From contig JAQGDQ010000592.1 of assembly GCA_030141605.1 (NCBI GenBank), positions 69,774-133,773 of the forward strand: a DNA stretch of 64,000 nt, in the 5' to 3' direction. The stretch is from Tubiluchus corallicola. Lineage: Eukaryota > Animalia > Priapulida. Both the position numbers and the translations under genes were made by a program. Below are positions 11,201-24,300 of the stretch, in pieces. The first letter of the stretch is position 1. Each line of letters starts with the position of its first letter. Under the pieces are notes generated by a model. The model did not search any database, was not told the DNA's origin, and saw nothing but the letters and a program-made list of their open reading frames with translations.

Positions 11201-14200
11201 ATCGTATAAATTATGCCGACATTGGTGGAACTGTGACCTCACTAGGGGCAAAATAGGGGTCGAGGAAACAAATATCAATCGAAACTAGCCTGCAGAACAT
11301 CAAATGAAATGTTCGATGAATTGAATCTTATAAGTTGACAGGCGATTGGTTGATCTTTGACCGATGGGTCACGCATTGAAAAGTTACAAGTTGTGATTTT
11401 ATTATGAAATGTAGTTCCTAAGTAGTCAAGCAATTCAAATTCAATAAAATCCAAATTATAAATTTTAAACAAAAGGCAGTTATCTTTTCAAGGCCTAATT
11501 CTGTAACTAGGATTGTTTACAAAATTTTCATTTTCTGCAAACGTCAGAAAATTGTCAACTAGTTTTAAAGTATTGTATTATAAAAAAAGTAACATATTAT
11601 AGCAAACAGACAACTTGAAACTCTGTTCTAAAGCACCGGTGAGCCAATTCTGCAAAAACTTATATGGATAAAGCTTTGATAAAAATTGTGGCCATCTACA
11701 CGACAATAACTGCAAAACGACAGCTGTAAGTTCTGCAGTTTACAAGATTTCCACCACATAAACGTTAAAAATGTTTAGCTCCTTACACGTTAAAAACAAA
11801 CTTAAAATTTAGAAAATGTCGTAACTGTTCATTGTTAACAAAAGAACTGAATATGAGCGTCCCATCTTCCCTAGTTTAACCTTGACGGCCTATATTTGTA
11901 ATGTCCTTGACATCTAAGACATAAAACACTTGCTCTTCCCGGCGTCGAATGACAATTTGATAGGAAGATTGATGACATTCGCCTTTAATTAAGGTGATAG
12001 TCAATTCAGCTGTCTCTTGATTTTCGCATTCATTTTTCTCTCAATAAAAGGTGGTAACTGTCTGAAAAAACCCGCTGCGACACCAATGGTAGTAAAATGG
12101 CGCACAAATGTCAAGCAGGCAAATGTACACAGATCAGTAGCGTATGCCAAGGCCGCTTCAAAAGACTTGAAAGGACCATGGTGTATGCTAAGGTCCTCGC
12201 CTAGGCGACTACTCGGACCATTTTCATAAACTTTTGCCGCTATCAGGGGCTACAATATAAAATCTGTAAATAAACCAGAAAAAACGATTTAGTAACATTT
12301 ATACATGATCAGTTTAAAAAAAACTTAAGTAAACAATTACATGGGTTTAAATAACATAAGTTAGCCCTGCTAAACTTTGTGAAGCGCTTTATACACGACT
12401 CCAGATTATACAGCCTGAGCATATGATTGGTCTTTTATTGATTAATACACATGTATGTACATATGTAACGACTAACAAAACGAGATAAAATTAATATTTA
12501 CTAAATTTTATTTACAATGCATTATTATTCACTCCAAAAATCTCTCATTGCTTGAGTGACATTGTGAGAGATTCCTAGACTACAGTGGTGGATGTCCGTC
12601 AAAATTTATAAAGTTTGGCAGCAACTTGTGAGGCTAGAAACTGTGTAAGCCTTTCGTGTAAGTTAGCACGAAAACTGAAAATACCTATACAAGCTATTGC
12701 TACGGCACATAAATGCACGTCTTCCTAATTCTGCTCCTACAACGCTCTCTCTCTCTCTCGACTTTCTCCTCCGTCCATCTACCGATCTATCTCTCTGTCT
12801 ATCTATCTAGCTATCTATCCAACTAACCAACCAATCGAACGACCTACCGACTTACTTAGCTACCTATCTATCCATTTTTCTCTTACTAGATTCAGTTTCA
12901 TGTGACCAATCTATTCACAGAAAAATAGAAAAACAAAAATAAACCCAAACTTAATACAGGCTCCTCCAAAAGAGTGAGAGGGAATGTTATTATTACAATC
13001 TGTACAGCAATTACATCAAAAGTGTTTCCGTGCTCTTCAGCAAATACACTTCCGAAACAAGCCTTTAAAAGCAATGATATAATTTATACTCATGGTCTAT
13101 CTTGCTCTATGTATCAAACAACTTAAACCTTTCTCCCTATCAGCAAAATTTCCCCCTATCCTTAACATCAAATGCGGCTAGTATGTCTCACCAACATCGC
13201 TGCTTGGAAAGAGCAAACAGCCACGCATTGTGTCTACCTGGTATTCGGACTGAAACGCTGGTTCCGTTGGCCACAAGTCATATCAATGCAAGAGTCGAGG
13301 CTTCCTCATCAAACTCTTCCATGAACTCACAACTGGCGCAAAACAACTCTCAAATAAACAGGAATAAAAGTCAAAAATATTCGAATACCACGCCCAGCAG
13401 CATTCCAACTGGCATCAGGCTATCCGCAACAAAACACAGAACAGAAAAGGTTTGCTTCTAAGTTTATGGAGTAGAACTATTTAATCGGGTTCCTCAAACT
13501 GTTCGATAAGCCTAACTGTCACGAATTTTAAAAAGGCTGTTTTAAGTAGTACATTGAAAAATTTTACTCGAAAGTTACAAATTAATTTCTCGCTTAATTT
13601 ACTTCAGGATGTGTTTGTTTCAAGCTTGTAAGCTTAGAATTATATTGAAATGTGCTTACTTGTAAAAGCAGAAATCTAGTTTTTTTGCATATAATTATAT
13701 GTACTGTATTTTTCTTTTAATCAATTTGTGTTCAACATTTTTATCAACTGATTAAAAATCTTTTATTTTTTGATTAATTTTGTAACTGCGCGTACAGTTT
13801 GTATAGTTTTAATTCATATTTATAAATAGTTAGCATTTTTTGTGTTTAGTACACTCGATCTGAATGTAAAGGAGCCTATGGCTCATTCTAGTTATCGAGT
13901 TTAAATAAAGATGTTATCTTAACTTATCTTTCGAAGTCGAAGAAGAGGAACGACACTGCAACTTAAATTTTCGAATACGAGAAAAGGCCAACTAACGAAT
14001 TTTTTACCAAAAATTTGCGAGCACGTTGAAACATGACTTGGTATAAATTCACTCCCAAAAATAAAATTGGCATTATGTAAAATGCCTCGGAAAGTTATAT
14101 TAGAACAATTGAACATTTGTTTTATTTTTCGATTAACTAAAATTTATTCATAATTCTATAACAAGCTTAGTAAAAGTATGTTCAGAATCTTAGAATAATT

Positions 14201-15172
14201 CACTTTGCCTGGGGAAACTTTTGCATAATGCCAAGAAAGTATAGAAGAATTATTTTAGACACTTTACTTGGTTTGTTTTTGTCACTCCATAAAATGCCTA
14301 GGCATCACATTTTCACATAATTTTATGCATAAAAAGCAAAACAAACAACATAACCTGGTAGTATGTCAGTAGCTTCATTTTGTTGACAAATTAACGGTCC
14401 TAATGCAAAGACAAAAGACAGGACATGACACAGATGACCTGAAGTCAAGATTGCTTTACACGCAATGCTGCTAATCACAAGTGATAATGGGGGCTAAAGG
14501 GCATTAAAACGGGTCGTCATCTTAAAATTTGTCATTAAAGCGCGTCATCATCTTACAATTTGTCATTAAAATGGGTCATCATCTTAAAATTTATGTGGTA
14601 CAGGGTAACGGAGAGTCGAAAGGCAATTTTCTTCACTAATTGATGAGTTCAGACAGTGTTACAGCATGTCACAGATTCATTTAGGCCATGCTAACCTGCT
14701 TAAAAACGAATAGTTCTTTATGGAATGAAAAAAATTCTTGCAACATGCTAAATAAGTATTAGCTGAATGCGAACAACCCGACCAGATGATGATCGAGCTC
14801 AGAGGTCCGACAATCATCCAGAATAGTTAGGGAAAGGAAAAACTGAGGCTGACTGTTGCAGTTGTGACCGGTAGAAAGTACATAGCTACAAGTTTTGGTA
14901 TAACGAAACACCTTACTGTACTTTTTTCCGAGAAAAAGAGTTGTATTTGTCAACCAGCAGTTCCTAGCGTACTGATAAATCCGTGAGCCTACATTTATTT
15001 TCGTTGAATCAAATGACAACTTCATTTCTACTTGATCATTGACCTTCCAAGAATTTTCATTTAAGTCTGTTCATACATTGTAGTTTAATGATTAAATCAC
15101 GTTCGGTCATATCAAATATACTTACTGCTACAGAAATCGATCAATATTAAAAATATTTAATAGACTTCGTTT

Positions 15173-15231
<59 letters not shown>

Positions 15232-15278
15232 CAGTAGTAGTAGTAGTAGTAGTTGTAGTGGTTGTAGTGGTAGTAGTG

Positions 15279-15373
<95 letters not shown>

Positions 15374-18300
15374 TTATTGACATTGGTCCAGCAAACGCAA
15401 CAAAATAATAATTTTGACAACAAATATTCACTCTACATACATCCTTACGTTTATACTATACAATAGCATTGTAGCGAGATGTATTATGGATGTATAGGCT
15501 ACCTTATCTACTGTAATGCTTTGCATTTCACAAAAGGACTGCAAAGTTGTTGCCTTTACTTGCAATTTTGAATCTATATAAATAAGCATTAGATGTTACA
15601 AGAAAAACTTTTAGTCTTAATCACAGTAAGAACAGCAGTAATGTTGCTTACAGCAATTTTACGCTTATTATTTTTGTTTTGAGCTTAGATGTGTTATCTG
15701 ATTATCGTCATATATTCTTTTGTACAAGTGTATGCATTTTCTGTGAATAACGTGATACCAATAATTATTTTCTTTATAGCCCCTAATTGACGTCAGTGTA
15801 TTATGTCTCCATTAGTATGGGTTAGCCTCATGACTCATAATTTGTTATGATTGTTTCAGAATCTGCGCACTGTACAATCTAAATAATAGGAGTTTGGCTA
15901 TGCCGTTTGTTATCATCAATAAACTTAAAACTAAACTAACTAATCAAGTAGCCCCCAGGTTACAAGTATAGAAAACAGTTTATAATTATATATGAGTAAT
16001 ACAACTTATTATAATTTTAATTTTCCATGAATTCCCAGTGCATGTGTAATTTCGTATGTGTCCAGTCATACTTTCCGTCCCGTTACACACAGATGCAGCA
16101 CAAGGACGATCAACACTCAAGGACACTCGTTAAATACTGCAATTCCTAACGGAAACGGGAAAAATGAAGCAAAGAAAATTATACTTCAAGCTTTTAAGCC
16201 TCTTATGAGGGAAGTCGGGTCGTCTTTCGACTTTTAAATACATCATATAAAAGCGCGAGATAATTTGTGTATTTTGTTTTGCTCATAGGATGGAACTTTG
16301 GCAATTACTCTACGTATGCGCCACTTAACAAGCTGGATACATACAGCCGCCACTTTTCCGTGGGCTGTTTTGCGGTAAAGGAACCTGACGTCGACAACGT
16401 TTAATTGGCAACATTTCTGAGATGGGTAACAAATAGCTGTCTAGAGAGCAAATACAACCACACCTGGATAGTAGCAGAACTCCCTGGGTAGTCGCAATAA
16501 TCCCCTACACTCATTCACTGACTTGCTCGCGCATCCCTTCTCGCACTTATTTATTCACCTGCTTAATGTATCACTCACGTATTTAGTTCAAGTCAGTGGT
16601 GTTAATAATGTCGAATAGATTAAATAAATTCGATCACTTTTTCATTATTTAATATCTCATTCAGTCTGTTACTCGTTCACTTGCTCATTCATTAGTGCTG
16701 TCTTTAACTTGCTCACTCACTTTTGTCTTTAACTCACTCACTCTGCCTGTTACAGTAACCAACTTACTTATATGCTTACACCGAAATGTTCAGTATATTT
16801 CATTATCGGCTATCGTTCTCTTGCTTACAGCTGATATGTTGAGGGGGAATTTGTGGTTTTGCGCTATTGACCATTTTAGAATAACGGCAGATTCTCGCAC
16901 CTGTGCTCTGTGGCTATAATTTCGTGAGTAATAAATTAAATTTTCCTTTTCAGTTGATTACTATTTACCCCCACTGGTATCTTTTAATTCGCTGAAAGTT
17001 AGGGTCACAAAATGTAACAAATGTATTGAACAAAATGAAATCAATAGCTTCCTTAAATTTGATCTTATCAAAGCAATGATAACCAACATAACACACTCTA
17101 CTGAAACCAACACATAAATAGTTATTAAATGTACTAAACAAATATCGAAAATACGGAAGTACCAAAAAATTAACGCGTAATGTACAAAAAATCAACGCAT
17201 AATGTAACAAAACAATACACAATGTAATAACATTAGCCAATAATATAACAAAAGAATTAACGCATAATGTAAGACCCCCAAAATGCATAGTGTAATAACG
17301 TTAAGTTTAACGCATACTGTAACACTGCAGCAACGCATAATGTAATAACCGATAATGTAACTAGCAGAATTAATGTTAATTGGTGTAATTTTTTATATAT
17401 ATATAGTATTTTTTGGAATATGAAGGTGGTGAGCATCATTAAGCCAGGGTTTCAATTGTGTGTCGTTTGGCATTGGTCAATTCGTTTGTGCTTCATTTCG
17501 TCAGTCTATCTTTTCGCCAGTTTTCCATTTCACCAGTCTATCGTTTCTCCAATGTAACTTTTCACCAATCTATTATTTCGCCAATCAATCTTTTCGCCTG
17601 GTTACTATGGCGACTAGTTTATCATATTTCACAATCTATAAATTCGCCAATCTATCTTTTTGCCAGTGCATCATTTCGCTAGTCTAACTTTCTAGCAGTT
17701 GATAATAGAAATAGTGCAAAAGGTATTAAAATAGTAGTACACCTAGACAGTGCATCACTTCGCCAGTCTATATTTTCACCAGTGCGTCATTTCCCCCATC
17801 AGGTCGAGTAATGAAACCGTTGCATTTTTTGACCGTTTTCTGGACCGTTCTCTGTCAAAATCATGAATCTGACAAACTCACTAACATGACTAAATTCGGG
17901 AAGACATAATTCCCTAACTCCTTGACTGACACTGAAGACTCATAAACCATTAGGTCCTTGATGTGGAATTTTTGTGGAACCTCGCCAGAACATGACCCTT
18001 TTGTTACTCAATGCTGAAGCACCTCGTTTCACTGTAGCCCCTTGTCCCACGCAGCCCCCACTTCGTTTCACTGTGGCCCCCTTGCCCCACGCAGCCCCCA
18101 CTTCGTTTCACTGTGGCCCCCTTGCCCCACGCAGCCCTCACATCGTTTCACTGTGGTCCCCTTGTCCCACGCAGCCCCTACTTCGTTTCACCGTGGCCCC
18201 CTTGTCCCACGCAGCCTGCCAACCTGGCCCCCAGTGGTGATAGCCCGATCAATTCTCCAACAACGTGCCACACAGCCGCCACCGCCACAAGGCTGCCACG

Positions 18301-21300
18301 ATACGGCTGTTTTTCTAGACACATGTCGGTAACATACTTAAAACTTATGACAAAAAATTTTGAAAGCTACAACTCTTGAAGGAACCCATTAGGAATCACT
18401 TGACTAACAACTCATAATAACCCGTCCCAGCTCTGTCATGTTTAATAAGCCGCTAGGCCTATGAAGGTCGAAGTTTAATGACATCGTTGTTGAATTTTAC
18501 CCTTATATTACTCAAGACAAAAGCACCACGTGCCAAGAAGGCAGCCAGTGGTGATAACCGTATCAATTATCTACCCACCTGCAGATACCACCTATAAAAC
18601 GTAGCGCTATGGGCCTATGGCCCATCATTCCTAACTTTGTTGGTCTCATTTACTAACATCTGAAGGTTGTAATCCACTGCGACCCGTTCATTGTGTAGTT
18701 GTACAGTACTGGACATTTGCTATTTTCATTCAAGTTTTGGTGCCCTCATGTGGGGAATAAAAGTTATTCACAAAAAATCGTCATATTTATGAGTCGAGCC
18801 ACAAAAAAGTTAATTCTGAGGAAACATACCACTAGCGAACTATACCACTTGCGAACTAATACTAGTGGCGAACTGAAACACTTTTGTTAAAAGGATAAGG
18901 CAATAACATAGTAGATAAATTTTACTGGAGAACCGTAGTAGTGGCGAATCGTTCTATTGGAAAACTATACTACTGGCGACTCATAATGGTGGCGAACCGT
19001 AATAGAGGCGAATCTGTATCACTGGCGAACTGTTGAAATACCATTCTGACAGCCCTACGCTATTGGTGTGGTGCTACAATATGTATTAAACTTTGGATTA
19101 TTACATATGCGTTTTGGGAGTCTTACATTATGCGTTGGTTTTTTAATACATTATCGGTTAGTTATTACATTATGCGTTATTTTTCCGTTATTACAATATC
19201 GTGGGTTTATTACATTATCAATTGTAACACGGCCATTGGGCTGAAGTAAGCCGAACTTGATAGCTTAATTAATTTTTGATTATTACGTACACACTGAGAT
19301 AGAGAAAAGCTCTTCCCCGCTTTTCTAGTAACTCCGCTTTGTAAAATACGAAAAGTGGAAGCTTCAATAAAACGTTACAATCCAGTTTTTATCGCGTAGC
19401 TCAGTTAGCTGTGCAAAAATATCGAATTTTGGAAAGTTTGTATTGAGCTTTTAGTATAAAAAATGAAAAACAGAGCCTTGCAAAAATTGTTAAAGTATGA
19501 ACAACAAACGATTGAATAACAGTAGCAGACACTTGGGATGATATTAAATTTGTGCCACATACGTCGGTAATTCAAATAAGATGATTATTGATTAGGTCTA
19601 AGAGTAGAATTATTTGAGAGTACGTGTATATCAAACTTATAAAACAATGGGACTACAGGAAACTATTCAACGATCACAAGATGTTTTTGGCATACGTAAC
19701 GACAGCTTAACTGAGCTCATCTAAATAATCTAGAATGATTGTTTATGACAGTAAGTTATAATATTGTGTTTTACGCACGTGCAGTGCACAGCAATGTGGA
19801 AGATATGTTTAATGAAATTTCTAAGAAAGCAATTAGGATATAAATATATTTTTTTGAATTACTACGAAAGCTATTCGTTATTATTTGGTCACTATTTGTA
19901 CAAGATCATAAAATATTATGCTTAGGAATGTAATAACATAAAAACGTGACAATTTAATCACGATTTTATAATATGTTAGTACTAAGTTATGTGTAATCAT
20001 TGAACTAGAGGCGGGATCCTTCCAAAGGCGGAGATTTTCCGCGCCACTGTAAGCACGGGGTTTGGTTGCTGAGAGTGTTGTACTCTGTGATGATGCACCA
20101 CAGGGTGTACCATACACTGTGACACACCACAAAATTTGTTTCTTTAATAGCTTTGAATTATAATGAAAGTTGTTTATAAGTGTAGGACGTATAGACCTTG
20201 TTTAGAGCGTATAAGGCCTACAGGACTACAGCCTATAAATTAGCAAACGTGAATTAGTTAAAACAACATCAGCTATGTACAATACTAAAAAAGAAAGATC
20301 TACATTGAAATCAGACACGAAAGTTGCAATAGTTTAGAAAGTTGATGCAGTCTCAGCTTAACCTGCATGACACCGCTACAAAACCGGCGGAAAGTTGTTT
20401 CATGTAAGCAGAGCTTGATAACTTCATTCAGAGCATTCACGCTGAAAAGTGATTCCAGCACAACGCCAATTTCGATATTTTTTATTAAACCATTTTAGAT
20501 TTATAGGCCTGTGGCAAGGATAAAGATCATATAGCACAATTTTGTTTAGGATTGGTTTTGACGTTGCGTAGCCGAGTCGATTTAATCTAAATTTAACTAT
20601 TGTAGTATTCAGCCTTGAACTATCCGATCTTTTTTTTCCAGTTTGACTTCCCGATTATCCTTGACACATATTGATTTTTATCACTGCTCCCTGGCATTCC
20701 TTCCTGGAATTAAATCATCCAACAGACGAGACGACAATTTCTGCATGGTTAATTCTCACGAACACGGCTTTACTGCTTACCATTCATGGTGTTTTTTCTT
20801 GTCAATAATACTGCCTTGTACGTAAATTATAAACTTTGATTTCTCATGCCCACTGAGACATTGTCAGAAGTCTTCCGTAATCAGGATACGTTGTAGTGTG
20901 TGACATGTCGGCAAAACATTTGAGAATTTTTCACCATTAGGCTTACAGTGAAGTTACTCAATGTAAGGCCGCATTTCCACTGCGCCCGCACAGACACACG
21001 GAAAAAATTGATACAATGACCCGCCCTTGAATACCATTGTCTTACGTGTCTGTCGTTTCCACTGCGACCTCACGTATACGCATGGATCCGCACTTCAATT
21101 GTTCAACCTTTTTTGTGCGGACAGACAAGCTCATTTTTATAATGGAGGATGAACAGATCGTACGCGCTGTGGAGATCAGACCTGCTTTGTATGACAAAAG
21201 TAATCCCAAATACAGTCACAGGGATTTTACAAGACAGCTGTGGGCCGAAGTGGCCTTTCAGCTTAATACTGAAGGTAGAATACATGTAGTTTTGTTATTA

Positions 21301-24300
21301 AATTAACGTTTCTGTAAATTTAGTATATACATGTATTTATACTCTCTATTGCCACAATATTTCGACTTTGCCCTAAAAATTGCACTACTTTGTTGTGCTA
21401 TTACAGGGAGCAAATAATAAGCTTCAAAACATTGTTAGTTTTATAATGCAATACCAGTTTTTTATTTGAAGTGAATTCAACTAGTCTATTTAAATTCCCT
21501 TAAAAACACGCCGTAAAAATTGCAACATATGGACGTGCAAAATCATAATCAACTGCAACATATTAGATAATTTCAAGGCTTCGCACAAGATTTCATTGAA
21601 ATTGTTACCGTTTGTCTTCACCACCATTTGAAAAATAGTCAGGTTACACTCGACCAATATTTTGCTGCTGCCAGGGCACTGAACCAGCAGGAGAAATAAA
21701 GTAATCCAAGAAGGCTTGTCTAGTACTCATTGCTGAATTTACTGGACGTCCACGCGTTTCTGCTACATCCCGTATTGGTTGCAGGACAGCTTGGTTAGCT
21801 CGTTGCATTCTAGGGAAGGCCGACCAGGTTTTTCATGGTGAATGAAATTATGCAATACGCTTATGGCTTTCACTATTTCACACACAAAAGGTACTTGCAC
21901 CTGCATTGCCTGATGTAAAAATTTGAAAAATAATTTCAAGTTAAGATGCAGTTAATTAGTTGTTGGCTCAGTTTACCTTAGCGTAACAACAAGGCGCTGT
22001 TCTGGTGAAATACAATCCCGAAAATTTGTGTTCTGTTTCTTAAGATGTCCAGAACACAAACCAAGTAAAATTCGGAAGGTTGCAAGTTGCATTCTCAAAT
22101 AACTAAGGCACTTTTCTTAATCTATTACAACTTGTTGCAACAAATGATTTCATATGCCTAGCTATCCACGGTTTTCAAATATTGGGTGTACCCAAAAACG
22201 ATGTTGTCGCTTCCTGTATCGCCTACTTGCATTTTTCTTTAACCACCACAGCAAAACTCTTGACCCATTTATGACGTATTTTAAGGAATGAGTGCGGTCC
22301 CAATGGACTTTTGCGGACGTAAAACGTGCGGACAGAAAAGTCTGTGTCTGTGCGGGCGCAGTGGAAACGCGGCCTATAACGTCTTATTAATGCGTAAGTC
22401 TAGGGCTGCATTAACGTATAGGCTGCAGCCCAGGGCCCCTCAAGCTTGGATTGCTTTGCTGAATAATTCTTATAAATTAAAATAAATTTTCAATTTTAAA
22501 AAAGGAGGCCAGGAAGCCTGAAGTGGCTTCTCGTTTGAGATAAAGGATCCCTGGTTGAGGACCTTTGTTTGAGATTAGGGTCCCTCCTTGAAGCCCTTCA
22601 TTTGATATACGGGGCCACCAGCTATGCAAATGTCGCTAAAATGTCACAAGAAATATTTGAGACGAATGCGAGCAAATTAGAGGCCGTCTGAAGGGGCCCC
22701 ATAATTTCATTAGCCTGCCATTAAATGGTCATAATTCGGCATGCACGTAAGGCATGATGTTCAAAAAAAATTTCTAAGCGGAGAAACGTACACTTTCACC
22801 TCCTTGTTTTCCAAAATTGATTGGTGTTCAACTTCAAGTCAGCCAAGGTTTGTTAATAGCATGGTTTGACAATCATAACTACAGAAGAGTGTTGAAATCA
22901 TAAAAAAGCTGGAAGATCCCCGCACGGCTACTGGGCACACGAGTAATAAGGACAAAAAGAGAAAACGGCCTAGTTTGGCCATTTTATAAATCTTACGCAT
23001 GTTTAGTGTGTAACTGCAGATGACTACAAAACAGTGTGTAGACGGATAGTCTATGTGATTATCACAACGCTTAAACTAGAAAAAAGGAAGGAGTGCTTTG
23101 CACACACTACAGAGGTCGCGATTATAATGCACTTCTGAAACCGCAGTTAAAAGACACAGATTGTTATCACAGTTTTTTGGCGGTTTTCGACTCATATTTC
23201 TGCATAACAGCCATAGGACTCAAAGATGATCTTCATATTTGTTATTAGGCTCAGCGGCTGAGTCCGGTCCGGGCCGGGTCAGTCGAGATAAATTTAGAGA
23301 CTAGCTGCTCGAGCCTAGACTTGACATTAGTTCGTTAGGGCTTTCATAAAACAATAAGAAAAAATTTTATTAGCTTTTTACTTACACCCATGCCAGCTGA
23401 TTCTCTCATTGTAGTAAAACAGATTTTGTGAAAATGTAGCGGGAGCACCTGTAAGAAAGGAAAGCATCAAAAGCATGTTTATTTTTTAACCGAACTTCAA
23501 ATTAAAATTTAATCAAGGGATGCAATTTACAACACTTCTAGTTTGTTGTTAACAACTACCCATGCTGTACATAATTAACCATGTACTTAACTCTGCTTCA
23601 CATAGTAACACATATCTACAAACATCAATTATCAAAATGTGTGCTTCTGAGCAGTTGCGTCCGATGTTCCAGTTCATTCAGCTCATAAAAAATAGTATTT
23701 GTAAGCAACGCAGTGCTTGTGCAGAGAAAAATTTAGAAATAATTTTAAAAATTAACAAATGAATATCTAATGTTGAAAACAATAAACTTATTTACGTACT
23801 CTTAAACTTACTTTTACTTACTTGCTTACTTACTTGCTTACTTGCTTGCTTACTTACTTACTTACTTACTCACTCACTCACTCACTCACTCACTCACTCA
23901 CTCACTCACTCACTCAAGTACTCACTTACTTACCCATTTACTTACTAATAAATGATGAAAAAATACAGTAATAAATTTTCTTAAGCAGCTAGGTATATAT
24001 GTAAGTAAGTAGTTACTAGATGGGTAGGTAAGCAAGTAAGCAGGTAGGTGTGGGTAGGTAAGTTGACAGGTAGCTAGGTAAGTAGGTATGTTGGTAGGTA
24101 AGCAGACAGATACGTAGGTAGGTAAATAAGAAGTACTGCTGTAAAAATGTTCTGTAGCGCTTGTGCTTGTTTACTGCCCAAATCTCCAGTGCCCAAACGT
24201 TCTACTACCAAATGTCCACTGCCCAAGTTAGGTAAAACATCCCTTTCATATAGACAGCTTATTTGGTAGGCACTTAAAATGGCGAAATAGTACAGTTCAG

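Larger units (their letters stand above)
17170..19229. mobile_element. Outer non-autonomous DNA element with inverted arrays of AACGCATAATGTAA-like subterminal repeats
   Basis: 17257-17297 (AACGCATAATGTAAGACCCCCAAAATGCATAGTGTAATAA) is close to the reverse complement of 19098-19137. Right end TGTAACA at 19223-19229; left end not resolved. Confidence 0.55.

Noticed and set aside
15147-15431. Poly-Tyr/Leu/Thr ORFs
   Set aside because: Translation of the (TAG)n microsatellite.
17974-18379. Three overlapping Pro/Cys-rich ORFs
   Set aside because: Products of the 40-bp GC-rich minisatellite.
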